Shown in pieces: positions 54,378 to 63,913 of a stretch of 64,000 nucleotides of DNA. The first letter of the stretch is position 1, and every line of letters begins with the position of its first letter. Below the pieces are notes generated by a model that worked only from the letters and a program-made list of their open reading frames with translations, did no database searches and was not told the origin of the DNA. The stretch spans positions 32,001-96,000 of the IMG/VR virus record IMGVR_UViG_3300020577_012633; one strand, 5' to 3'. Made by a program: the position numbers and the translations under genes. This stretch comes from a virus (Duplodnaviria; Caudoviricetes).

Positions 54378-54866
54378 TCAAATAAATGATATCCTGTCAA
54401 AGAAGTGAACGCCTTCAGCAGATCCATCCTTAGCTGTAAATGTTTCCAATATTTTAAAATCTCGTCCAACAAAAATCCAGAGGCCACTTCTTTTTAATTT
54501 GCCTGGTTCATTTTTGGCAAAACCTTCCCAGCTTTTTCTTACTTCATCTTCTTTTTCGCCATATACAAAACAATTCCAACGTTGATCTGCTTTTGTCTTG
54601 CAGAATATAAAACATCTTTCTTTTCTCCATTTTGCATAATGATTTACAGCATCATTTATTGAAGTAAATCGAGTAGAAGAAATAAAATTATCTGTTCTAT
54701 TCGATGGACTGCTTTCATGTTCCCATTCACCAGTGTTCTTATCTAAGCAACGGCTCCAATGAACCAACGCCCAGGTATTTTCACTTCTACGTTCAAGCGT
54801 AACGTCGAAAAGAGGGTCAATGATAAATGAATTAGCCATTTCTAGAAATTCATCGTTTGTAAACAT
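54378..54866 (-). CDS. hypothetical protein
   Basis: GEWEHESSPSNR..TRF. Confidence 0.7.
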   Translation of the reverse strand: MFTNDEFLEMANSFIIDPLFDVTLERRSENTWALVHWSRCLDKNTGEWEHESSPSNRTDNFISSTRFTSINDAVNHYAKWRKERCFIFCKTKADQRWNCFVYGEKEDEVRKSWEGFAKNEPGKLKRSGLWIFVGRDFKILETFTAKDGSAEGVHFFDRISFI

Positions 54867-54868
54867 TT

Positions 54869-55501
54869 TTACCTCGTAAATTTAGACCACCCTTTTCCTA
54901 ACACAAAACCGTCTTTTTGCATCATTTTTTTAATTGATTTATAACCAGCAGGAGTATTTGAAAAACAAATAACATTGATAGGAGAAAGATCCAAACGAAG
55001 ATGATGAATACTATAATTTTCGTTTAATTTCTTTAATTCTGCTTGGATCTCTTCAAGAGATTTACCTCTAAAATCACCAACATCTTCAAATTCGGTTTTG
55101 TCTATAGGACTTTGATTTGAATAACGACAAGGAGCAAGAATCCTGTTTTGTTTAGCAAGAATTTTTAAATCACGGATTATTTCTTCTTTGCTACTAAAGA
55201 TTTCAGGAGAAGTAACATTGAAAGAAGACAAGAAGCCAAATAAAGAGTAGTCATTACATGAATAAAGCTTATCAAGTTTCCAATCAAGAACTACCAATCC
55301 GTATCCATTAGGAGCAACCCTATTTTGAGATTCAGGAGCAGCGTAAATGTTTGGTCGATTAATAACCTCATCTACAACAGAACGGTCTTTCTGGTATATC
55401 CTAGGGTCCATTAAGACATAAGGCATGGAATTAGTCCATGTCAATCTTTTATGAACAGACCCATCAGTATCTCGAAATACAAATTGAATAGTTCCGCCCA
55501 T
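54869..55501 (-). CDS. hypothetical protein
   Basis: MGG..WTN..APNGYGLVVLD. Confidence 0.7.
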   Translation of the reverse strand: MGGTIQFVFRDTDGSVHKRLTWTNSMPYVLMDPRIYQKDRSVVDEVINRPNIYAAPESQNRVAPNGYGLVVLDWKLDKLYSCNDYSLFGFLSSFNVTSPEIFSSKEEIIRDLKILAKQNRILAPCRYSNQSPIDKTEFEDVGDFRGKSLEEIQAELKKLNENYSIHHLRLDLSPINVICFSNTPAGYKSIKKMMQKDGFVLGKGWSKFTR

Positions 55502-55503
55502 TA

Positions 55504-55746
55504 TTACTTCTTTCTCAGGAAAGGATGATTATCAGCACTAATGTCATAATTGAGCATAAATTCATGCGCCCAATCTTGAGTGTATCCGCATTTATCTGGA
55601 CAAATCCAGCCTTCATTAGTAGCAACAAGGATTGAACGACAATATTTGCCGTCTTTTTGACCGCCGCAAGTGAATGGATGATAAACACCACAGTTTTGGT
55701 AATCATTTAGATTTTTAACTTGTTTATCTGTCCAATTTGCAGGCAT
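55504..55746 (-). CDS. small zinc-binding protein
   Basis: HPFTCG..C..GWICP.C.YTQDWAH. Confidence 0.65.
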   Translation of the reverse strand: MPANWTDKQVKNLNDYQNCGVYHPFTCGGQKDGKYCRSILVATNEGWICPDKCGYTQDWAHEFMLNYDISADNHPFLRKK

Positions 55747-56024
55747 TAAAACCTTCCTCCAGACCAAACACATTCGGCTTTGTCGTTATAAACATAGGCT
55801 TTGAGCATTTCACCAGAATGTTGTCTAGCGATTTCGATAGCTTTTTCTAGAGTTTTTTCATCTCCATGATTCAAATCAGATCCATCAAAAGTATCTACGG
55901 AAACAACTCTAAATTTCCCCTTAGGAGCTTTTAATTCAAATTCTTCTCCTGCTGCTCTATTACCACCTTTGCTTATTGGTCTTGGATCGTATGGCATGTT
56001 ATTTCTCGCTTTCATTGTTAGCAA
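55746..56024 (-). CDS. hypothetical protein
   Basis: KFRVVSVDTFD. Confidence 0.6.
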   Translation of the reverse strand: MLTMKARNNMPYDPRPISKGGNRAAGEEFELKAPKGKFRVVSVDTFDGSDLNHGDEKTLEKAIEIARQHSGEMLKAYVYNDKAECVWSGGRF

Positions 56025-56301
56025 TAGGCAATCTTGTTGGGTCTGTTATTCCTCTTTCAGCATTAGAAAGAATAACAGCATCAATTCCTAACATTTCAGC
56101 TTCTTTTCTAAGCGTATTACCTCTCTGTAGTCTATCTTTTCTCATTGTATTACCCAAATGAATCCAGGTTTCTTGAACATCAGGTACTTCTCCTGATTCT
56201 TCGCAACGATAACATGGTATAGAATCAATAAATTGTCCATATCTATTATATTTTGGTATAATAGCTATTTCTTTTGCGCCTTGACAATCAGGACATATCA
56301 T
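55999..56301 (-). CDS. DnaJ-type zinc finger plus XRE HTH protein
   Basis: CPDCQG, CYRCEESG, TLRKEAEMLGI..LSNAERG. Confidence 0.75.
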   Translation of the reverse strand: MICPDCQGAKEIAIIPKYNRYGQFIDSIPCYRCEESGEVPDVQETWIHLGNTMRKDRLQRGNTLRKEAEMLGIDAVILSNAERGITDPTRLPIANNESEK

Positions 56302-56567
56302 TTTTTGAACTCCCTTTTTATATTAAAATCAATAAGCATATCTCTAGCGTTTTTTAAATGATCTTTTACTTCTTGTGGTAACTCTGAAAATTCTTGTGGT
56401 GTAAGTTCCTCTAGTTGTAAATCTTTATTGAATCTAGCTATGGTCGTACAATACATACAAATTGAAATGTCGCCTGGAGATGGAGAAACATCTTCTCCTT
56501 TTGACTCCGTAGCTCCATTTAAGGACTTGCCACAACAAAGGCAATTATGAGTTTTATCAAGTTTCAA
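56298..56567 (-). CDS. zinc-ribbon protein
   Basis: CLCCG..PSPGDISICMYC. Confidence 0.65.
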   Translation of the reverse strand: MKLDKTHNCLCCGKSLNGATESKGEDVSPSPGDISICMYCTTIARFNKDLQLEELTPQEFSELPQEVKDHLKNARDMLIDFNIKREFKK

Positions 56568-56571
56568 AATA

Positions 56572-57057
56572 TTAGTCCTTTCTTTTTTGAACTAATCTAT
56601 TCCCTCTCCAATAAAACCTTTTAAAAGGAATATCTGATTTTTCCCAGCTTTTATCTATTTCATCATATGTATCAAGATTCCAAAAACTTTTCTTTTTTCC
56701 AGCCAAATTATTGGCAATTTTCCAAAGTTCAGGAACAACTTGCTTATGCCAATTTATTCCTTTTCCAGGAATACGAACCAAAACAAAATTGAGATTCGTT
56801 TCTCCATATGAGAATTCTCCGTACATCAAAAATGTATGATATTTAGGAGGCGGAGGTTTGATCTCAATTTCTTTTTTCCAGCACTTTAATTCAGCATTCC
56901 AAAAATAAGAAGTTCTATCAGTTCCAAATCCTTCGCCATCAGGTCTTGTCTCTGGAGGTTTTTTACCAAATGAAAAATCCATAAAATCTTTCTCAACTGC
57001 TCTATTCTTTGCAGGAGAAAGATCAACTAATTTAGTTTCAGGAAGTTTCCAGCCCAA
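56572..57057 (-). CDS. hypothetical protein
   Basis: 161 aa. Confidence 0.65.
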   Translation of the reverse strand: MGWKLPETKLVDLSPAKNRAVEKDFMDFSFGKKPPETRPDGEGFGTDRTSYFWNAELKCWKKEIEIKPPPPKYHTFLMYGEFSYGETNLNFVLVRIPGKGINWHKQVVPELWKIANNLAGKKKSFWNLDTYDEIDKSWEKSDIPFKRFYWRGNRLVQKRKD

Positions 57058-58974
57058 TCAAACTCCTGCCATTCTTAGGAATTGATCCTCAGTAATAAGC
57101 TTGATCCCAAGCTTACGAGCTTTTACTGCCTTGCTAGAAGTGCTATTCAAATCAGCAATTACAAGGTAATTCAAAGTATTATCAACACTGTCATACGGAG
57201 TTCCGCCATTATCTTCAACAATCTTCAGAAGTTCCTTACGAGGCTTATTGGCCGCGCCAGTAAAGCAGAACGAAAGACCTGACAAAGATCCCTTAGAATG
57301 AACCTTAGGAGCAGCCTGACCCTCTTTTACATTAAGAATAGATGCCAATTCTTCAATAGTCTTCCAGTTTGCCTTAAGACTCTTATGAATTCTGCCAGCT
57401 TTCGTGTCTTGAAAACCACCAAGCTTCAGCAAATCAGATTCTTCCATATTGCGCCAACTGGCAATAGTATAGAATCCTCCATCGACAATATTCTCTGCCT
57501 GAGATCTTCCAAGCAAATCAATAGACAAAGAACCAATCAAATCAGCGAGCGTAACATCCATAGATTTCTTGATTTCATCAAGAATCTTTTTGGACATTTC
57601 TTCTCCAAGACCAGCTTTGACCATTGATTCAACAGTAAGGAAATACAAATCCTTAACGCAAGTTACCGAACCAGCATCAATAAGCTTGTCAAGAGCAGAA
57701 TCGCCAAGGAACATGATTTCACGTTTCTTGATATACTTCATAATGCGTTTATTCAAAACGCCTTCGCAATTGTCGTTAGTGCAACGAAGGAAAGGCCCAT
57801 CCTGCTTGACAGAGCTATCACAAGCAGGACATTTTGAACAAGTAATAGTTTTGCGAATTGATCCTTGCTTGACAACGCGAACAATCTTTGGAATAACATC
57901 GCCAGCTCGAACAACTTCAATATCATCGCCAATTTGGATGCCAAGACGATCAATCTCGTCCATGTTATGAAGCGTTACATTTCGGATTGTTACGCCACCT
58001 ACTTCGACAGGCTCAATCAATGCCACTGGATTGATAGTCCCACGAGTTCCTACGTCCCATGAAACATCAAGAAGCTTACTGAAGCCTCCCATTGATGGAA
58101 ACTTCCAGGCTCTTGCCCAATAAGGCAAACCGTCTTTTTCTCCAAGACGATCTTGATGAATTACGTTATCTACGCTAATAACCAGACCGTCAATCTCATA
58201 AGCAAGATTGGCACGGTTAGCTAAAGTCTGATCAACAACCTGTTTTACCAAATTAGAAGTAACAAAATATGTTTGGCTCACTTCAAAACCATTATCATTC
58301 AACCAAGTGAGTTTTTCTTTATAGGTTTGCCATTTTTTCGCGCCAAGAATATTGAAAGCAACACAATGAATGTGTTCAGAATTGCGAGAATCTGTTCTAC
58401 GAACTGTTCCAGCACAGGCATTACGAGGATTCTTGCCTTCTTTATGAAGAAACTTATTCCAGTCAGAAAGACGAAACAAGGCTTCTGCTCGAACAGAAAT
58501 ATCAACTTTCTCATCAAGTTGTTTAGGAAAGCCTTTTGCGTTTTTAATCGTATGAGTTACATCTTCTCCGACTTCGCCATCGCCTCTGGTAATCGCTTGT
58601 ACAAATTTACCAGCTTTGTAGACAAGCTCAATGCTTGATCCATCTAGTTTCCAGTTTACAGAAAGAATAGGATTAGCACCAGTAACAGGAATAATCGAGT
58701 TCAACCAAGTTTGATATTCGCCTTCTGAGTTGTTGATCTTTTTCAACGAACCCATAGGAATTTCGTGCTTTACTTCTGTCAATTTATTATCAGAGACAGG
58801 AGCGCCAACCGTTTTCAAAAACGGGTTAGAAGGATCTAATGAAACCAGTTCGTCTTTTGCTATATCAAAAGCAGCATCAGACATTATAGGAGCATCGCTA
58901 TTGTAGTAGGCGTTACAGGCTTCTTTGAGCTTTGAAACCAGATTTTCTACTTTTGCTTTTGTCGTAGAGTCCAT
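57058..58974 (-). CDS. ligA: NAD+-dependent DNA ligase
   Basis: AYY..SDAAFD, KLDG, TRGDG, NPRN, IDGLV, AWKF, TLHN, RAGDVIP, zinc finger, HhH, BRCT FCFTG. Confidence 0.97.
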   Translation of the reverse strand: MDSTTKAKVENLVSKLKEACNAYYNSDAPIMSDAAFDIAKDELVSLDPSNPFLKTVGAPVSDNKLTEVKHEIPMGSLKKINNSEGEYQTWLNSIIPVTGANPILSVNWKLDGSSIELVYKAGKFVQAITRGDGEVGEDVTHTIKNAKGFPKQLDEKVDISVRAEALFRLSDWNKFLHKEGKNPRNACAGTVRRTDSRNSEHIHCVAFNILGAKKWQTYKEKLTWLNDNGFEVSQTYFVTSNLVKQVVDQTLANRANLAYEIDGLVISVDNVIHQDRLGEKDGLPYWARAWKFPSMGGFSKLLDVSWDVGTRGTINPVALIEPVEVGGVTIRNVTLHNMDEIDRLGIQIGDDIEVVRAGDVIPKIVRVVKQGSIRKTITCSKCPACDSSVKQDGPFLRCTNDNCEGVLNKRIMKYIKKREIMFLGDSALDKLIDAGSVTCVKDLYFLTVESMVKAGLGEEMSKKILDEIKKSMDVTLADLIGSLSIDLLGRSQAENIVDGGFYTIASWRNMEESDLLKLGGFQDTKAGRIHKSLKANWKTIEELASILNVKEGQAAPKVHSKGSLSGLSFCFTGAANKPRKELLKIVEDNGGTPYDSVDNTLNYLVIADLNSTSSKAVKARKLGIKLITEDQFLRMAGV

Positions 58975-59024
58975 TGCTTTTTCCTAAAAAATTTCGCTGA
59001 CCCATATCCTAAATATTGTATAAA

Positions 59025-59034
59025 AAGTCTAGGG
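59025..59034 (-). promoter_or_regulatory. CCCTAGACTT motif (copy 7)
   Basis: Upstream of ligA. Confidence 0.6.
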
Positions 59035-59177
59035 ATAAGTCATCAAGATTTTCGTCCAAAAACAGAAGACTTTTTACGAAACACAAATAACACTTCCTGA
59101 AGAATAGTATAAAAACAAAAGATATGCTGTAGTAAGCATATCCTTGGTTGATTTTATTTTCCACTTTTTGTGCAGAT

Positions 59178-60338
59178 TCAAATAACTGTAAATTCAATCC
59201 AATTTGTAATGCTGGATGTTTTAAAAACATTTGTATCTGGAAAACTATAAGCAGATCTTATCGCATAACGATATTTTCCAGGACTTCTAGGAGACCTAGT
59301 ATAAGAACTTCTATTTGAGGGTATTCTTATCATATCTTGTCTAATCCATGAATTATTTATCCATTTTTCTTCAAGTAAATGAAAGACAGTTTCATCTTTT
59401 GAATTATCTTGCCAAACAAAATAAATACTCTTATCAGATTTAGATGTTCCTCCAAAATTTGAAGGAGAAACTGGTTCTTTAAAATTTCCGTCTACTAATA
59501 TATAAACATAATCACTAATAGCAGAATATGTTATTGAAGAATCTGTTTTAAAAGTTACCTTTTGTAATGGATCTTTTGGATTTACAGATACTTTTCTATT
59601 AAAAGACCAATTATCTTCAGGAGTGGAAATAGCTGAACGTATAGAAAATCTATAATAACCCGGTTGAATAGGATATTCTAATTCTGTTGTATTAGCATTT
59701 GCTCTTATATATGAAGGTAGTCTTGTCCATTTGTCTCCAATATATTGATCTACAATTATATGGAAAGCAGTTTCATTATTTAAAGTATCATTCCATGAAA
59801 TTTTTACTTTTTGTTGACCAATACTCTTAACAGATAAACCAGTAGGAGTAATAGCTGTAATAACTCTTGTATCAATTACGAAACTCTCAGTTACTAGATT
59901 TGGTCCTCTTGACTGTATATAATAAACTCCTGACTGAGGAAGAGTTATGTCAAAAAATCCATTTATATTAAGATCAACATCATTAACTGTTGTTTGTTGT
60001 TTAAAAACTGTTTTTACTTCTTGAGAAGGCAAAGCATACCAATATTTACACTTTCCATCTACAATCACTTCATTTACTGTTTTCATATTAGAGCAAATGG
60101 GTTTTTCTTTTTGAGGAGTTAAGCAGTATATCTGAACAAAATGAGGGCTATTTAATCTTATGACATTATTGCCTAATTTTTCAAAAAGAGGTTTTGAATC
60201 ATAATTTTCTTGTATTGGCATCATTGAAACAAATAATGGAAAATCAAAACCATATAGTTCTGGATCTAATGCAGGATTTTCTACTTTAGATACAGTAGAT
60301 TTTGAAACCGATACCATTTTAATTTTGTCTGATTTCAT
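59178..60338 (-). CDS. protein with two fibronectin type III-like domains
   Basis: ISWNDTLNNETAFHI..PGYYRFSIRSA and FVWQDNSKDETVFHL..PGKYRYAIRSA. Confidence 0.75.
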   Translation of the reverse strand: MKSDKIKMVSVSKSTVSKVENPALDPELYGFDFPLFVSMMPIQENYDSKPLFEKLGNNVIRLNSPHFVQIYCLTPQKEKPICSNMKTVNEVIVDGKCKYWYALPSQEVKTVFKQQTTVNDVDLNINGFFDITLPQSGVYYIQSRGPNLVTESFVIDTRVITAITPTGLSVKSIGQQKVKISWNDTLNNETAFHIIVDQYIGDKWTRLPSYIRANANTTELEYPIQPGYYRFSIRSAISTPEDNWSFNRKVSVNPKDPLQKVTFKTDSSITYSAISDYVYILVDGNFKEPVSPSNFGGTSKSDKSIYFVWQDNSKDETVFHLLEEKWINNSWIRQDMIRIPSNRSSYTRSPRSPGKYRYAIRSAYSFPDTNVFKTSSITNWIEFTVI

Positions 60339-60678
60339 TTATATTTCCTTGATCTTTTTGCATTTTATTTATACCGATAACATCTTGAAATAGCTTTATT
60401 GAGGCTTTACTTCCTCCAGCAATAGCAGCAGCAGTTAGAATAAAACCAAGAGTTTTAACTCCTTGAGTATTTGTCATAAAAGATATTACATCTATTTGCC
60501 AAAGTTTACATACAAAAAAGCAAACAGAAAATGCTATAATTTCTTTTATAGCTTTATTCTTTATAAGTTTTATTATATGTTTTTGTTCAAATACTAAAGC
60601 TAGTGACCTTTCTACAAGGACTGCCAATATTGTTAATAACATAAAAGAATCAAGTATTGCAGTGGTGTTTATTTGCAT
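60319..60678 (-). CDS. three-TM membrane protein (holin-like topology)
   Basis: LVERSLALVFE, IAGGSKASIKLF. Confidence 0.6.
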   Translation of the reverse strand: MQINTTAILDSFMLLTILAVLVERSLALVFEQKHIIKLIKNKAIKEIIAFSVCFFVCKLWQIDVISFMTNTQGVKTLGFILTAAAIAGGSKASIKLFQDVIGINKMQKDQGNINEIRQN

Positions 60679-60760
60679 ATATTCCCTTTTGTTTAGGCAA
60701 TAAATCTCTAAGTCTTTATATTCAAGACAAAAAGATTAACAACCTCCAAGGAAATATCTA

Positions 60761-61168
60761 TCAATTATGATGGAATCTATTACCCATATTCCAGGATCTA
60801 GGCCAAGGACATACAAAAATATCCCATAATTCATGCCTATAAACAAAAAGACCGACTCCGCTACCATCAGGAATCTTCGGAGGAGGGCTTTCTATATTTA
60901 GGCCATTATTTACAGATTCTTCGTATTGATCACGAAAATCTTGATCTGCTATATCTTGTTTTCTTTGGTTCCCGCCCAAGCAATATTCGCAACGACAGCG
61001 CCAAGAATATCTACGATCCTTGCACTGTCCTTTTTTTCTTGCTTGTTCTTGCGCGTTATATCTACGAAAAAACCAGGATTCTGGAGTTCCATGATATCCA
61101 CAAAACAACTGACGAAATCGTTTTTCAGCAACGATTCGCGTTCTAAATCGACGTTCAGCTCTGTTCAT
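60761..61168 (-). CDS. basic hypothetical protein
   Basis: MNRAERR..CRCEYC. Confidence 0.6.
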   Translation of the reverse strand: MNRAERRFRTRIVAEKRFRQLFCGYHGTPESWFFRRYNAQEQARKKGQCKDRRYSWRCRCEYCLGGNQRKQDIADQDFRDQYEESVNNGLNIESPPPKIPDGSGVGLFVYRHELWDIFVCPWPRSWNMGNRFHHN

Positions 61169-61227
61169 TCATTTTTCCTTTGTAAGTTAAACAACCTACA
61201 AAGGAGCAAATGTTATCCACCTTTTCA

Positions 61228-62466
61228 TTATGACAATTTCCTAACTATTTTAACGTTTTTCTTTCCCTTTTTAATTATCAAAAATTTATCATAGAAAAAC
61301 TGATTAATTTTTACGATTGGTTCATTTACTTTTGCGCCATTTATTGTTATACCGCCAGATTCGATTATTCGAACTGCATCTGATTTGCTAGTCGCTAATC
61401 CGCTTTGAATAAGGACTGACACAACCGGAACAGTTTCGCTATCAATGTTTGCAGATCCAAGAACCTTACATGCCAACTCAAATTCTTCTTGGGTTAAATT
61501 ATCCCAATCTTCGTAGTACATTGATCTAGAAATATTCCTACATTTGTAGGCTGAATCTTTACCGTGAACAAGTTCTGTCATTTCTATTGCTAGCGCATTT
61601 TGCAAAATTCTAGCAGATTTGTCTTTATTATGTAGTTCTATATTTGTATCAAGCTGTTCATCTGAAGACAGACTAAACATTTTAAATACATTTTCAATTT
61701 CATCATCTTCAATATTCATCCAAAACTGGAAAAAATCCCATACTGAAGTTTTGGAAGAATCTAGCCAAACTGCTCCTTCAGAAGACTTGCCAAATTTTGT
61801 TCCATCTTTTTTAGTTAGAAGAGGGAAAGTTAATCCGAAAACTTCATTCTTTTTCTTTCTACAAAGCTGTATTCCAGAGCAAATGTTTCCCCATTGGTCA
61901 TTGCCTCCAATTTGAAGTATGCATCTAAATTTTTCAAATAGCATATCAAAATCTGAAGCCTGAAATAAAGTATAACTCATTTCGCCAAAGGTAAGTCCAC
62001 CATTTGACAATCTCGCATGAATAGCTTCATTTTCTAGCATGTTATTAACAGAAAATCTACAAGCAACATCTCTTATAAATTCTAGTATGCTCACATTTTC
62101 GTAAAATGAACCATTAAAAACAATCTGAAAAGGCGCTCCAACAATAAGAGAACACTGTACTGCAATCTTCTGAGAATTTATATGAATTTCATGTTCAGTA
62201 AGTTGAGGCCTATCAGTTCTCCGACCAGTTGGATCTCCAATCATTGCAGTAAAATTACCAACTAAAATTATTGGCATATGGCCATGCTTAGAAAACCTTT
62301 TAAGGGTTATCAATGCAAGAAGATTGCCTACAGTGAGGCTATCTGAAGTTGGATCAAATCCACAATAGACAGGTATAGTTCTATTATCAATGATTTGAGA
62401 GACTTTATCAAAGTCTGAACATTGAGCAATAAGATCTCTAGACTGTAGTTCTTTAAATAAACTCAT
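61228..62466 (-). CDS. tyrS: tyrosyl-tRNA synthetase
   Basis: YCGFDPTSDSLTVGN (HIGH variant), TAMIGDPTG, QIGGNDQWGNI, KFGKS, C-terminal S4 domain. Confidence 0.97.
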   Translation of the reverse strand: MSLFKELQSRDLIAQCSDFDKVSQIIDNRTIPVYCGFDPTSDSLTVGNLLALITLKRFSKHGHMPIILVGNFTAMIGDPTGRRTDRPQLTEHEIHINSQKIAVQCSLIVGAPFQIVFNGSFYENVSILEFIRDVACRFSVNNMLENEAIHARLSNGGLTFGEMSYTLFQASDFDMLFEKFRCILQIGGNDQWGNICSGIQLCRKKKNEVFGLTFPLLTKKDGTKFGKSSEGAVWLDSSKTSVWDFFQFWMNIEDDEIENVFKMFSLSSDEQLDTNIELHNKDKSARILQNALAIEMTELVHGKDSAYKCRNISRSMYYEDWDNLTQEEFELACKVLGSANIDSETVPVVSVLIQSGLATSKSDAVRIIESGGITINGAKVNEPIVKINQFFYDKFLIIKKGKKNVKIVRKLS

Positions 62467-62756
62467 TTTACCTGCCATTCAACTTCAACTGTTTCTGTAT
62501 CAATTTTGTACTTGCCAGAATTTGATCCATACAATTCTGTATCAAGTCCTCTCCAACTTAATGCAATGTTGTGCTTTATTGCAGTCTTTACAAGATGATC
62601 TTCTGGAACTTCTTCAATAGGAACAATGTCCCAAAATGATATATTATTTTTTGAAGAATAATTTATAAGTTCGCAAAGAATACTTCTTTTTGCAGTAAGT
62701 GTCCCAAAAATTCCTTGAATTTTTACTCTTCCTGATTTAGGAGGAATTTCAGCCAT
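62463..62756 (-). CDS. hypothetical protein
   Basis: 97 aa. Confidence 0.6.
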   Translation of the reverse strand: MAEIPPKSGRVKIQGIFGTLTAKRSILCELINYSSKNNISFWDIVPIEEVPEDHLVKTAIKHNIALSWRGLDTELYGSNSGKYKIDTETVEVEWQVK

Positions 62757-62757
62757 T

Positions 62758-63516
62758 TTAATTCCTGTTATTTACAACAAATGGTTCTGCTACTTCAAGA
62801 AAACGAGTTACCTTGTCTAAATCAAGTTTAGAATCATCTTCTGAACGAACTCTTCTTTCGACATCAATCCAAATACGAGAATCTCCAGCCACTAACTTGA
62901 TCTTTTCAATTTGTTCTGCTACATTATCTGGAGAAAGGCCTCCAGCATAGCCAGTATAAGATTCCTTAGCCTCAGGCCAATAGGATGGAAGGATTCCAGC
63001 TCCTCCTGATAGATCAAACAATGGGCTTGCGATAATCCCCATTTTCTTAGCTTCATCAAGAAGAGAATTATTTACGTTATCCATCTGAAAAATCAAAGAC
63101 GAATTATATACTTGAAGGAATTCTATTCCTCCATAGAAAAACTTTTCCCTATTCAAATTGTGAACTTGAGCATGAAAATTAAGCTGAAATCTTTGGAAAG
63201 AATGTAAAATATCAGACAAATCTGGAACCATAGGTAATTTATCTTTAACAATAGTCCAGTTACCTTCGCAAATATCTCTTACCCAACGACCACAAATATG
63301 ACCAGATAGATTTATAGTATTAGAATGTTTTCTTTCTTTAATTGCGTTTATAAGACTTTGTATCCACGTTCTTGTTGGGAAACGAAAAGATCCTTCGCTA
63401 CTCTTTGAAAAAAGTATACCCCACTCAACAAAAGGAAATCTAATAGAAAGTTCTATTAGATCCTCTGGTCTAGTGCTATCATCTGCTCCCGTAACGGTTA
63501 CTCTATCAAGTATCAT
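62758..63516 (-). CDS. phosphoribosylanthranilate-isomerase-like TIM-barrel protein
   Basis: VTGADD, EWGIL, RFQLN, LFDLSGGAG, GYAGGLSPDNV, WIDVE. Confidence 0.75.
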   Translation of the reverse strand: MILDRVTVTGADDSTRPEDLIELSIRFPFVEWGILFSKSSEGSFRFPTRTWIQSLINAIKERKHSNTINLSGHICGRWVRDICEGNWTIVKDKLPMVPDLSDILHSFQRFQLNFHAQVHNLNREKFFYGGIEFLQVYNSSLIFQMDNVNNSLLDEAKKMGIIASPLFDLSGGAGILPSYWPEAKESYTGYAGGLSPDNVAEQIEKIKLVAGDSRIWIDVERRVRSEDDSKLDLDKVTRFLEVAEPFVVNNRN

Positions 63517-63899
63517 CTTTCTTCTTTCTTTTTCGGATAAACCCAATATCTCTTTTTTACACATTGTTCAAATGGAATAACCCAGGATGTTCCTTCGCTA
63601 TCATTAAAGGAATAACATTCTAAGTTGCCACTATCCCATCCTCTATTCGGGAAGATGTCTCCACCTTCCCAAACAAACGACATTTCTTTCCCTTTATACA
63701 TAAAAGATAATTCTGTTCTTATATACGGAGCATCTTGTGGATTTGACACAGATTTAGTATCTTTTGTATCTAATACATTAAAAGAATGAATTGCAAGAAT
63801 TGCAAAAATTACACTACATAACGCAACGAATACATAAAATATTACATTTTTTGTTTCTAACCAATTAGATTTTGGAGTTCTTGAAACTAAAGTTGGCAT
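63513..63899 (-). CDS. membrane-anchored hypothetical protein
   Basis: N-terminal TM helix. Confidence 0.6.
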   Translation of the reverse strand: MPTLVSRTPKSNWLETKNVIFYVFVALCSVIFAILAIHSFNVLDTKDTKSVSNPQDAPYIRTELSFMYKGKEMSFVWEGGDIFPNRGWDSGNLECYSFNDSEGTSWVIPFEQCVKKRYWVYPKKKEER

Positions 63900-63913
63900 C
63901 GTGAATTTCCTAA

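Noticed and set aside
4712-61915. Numerous plus-strand ORFs of 60-180 aa
   Set aside because: Antisense shadows of well-supported minus-strand genes
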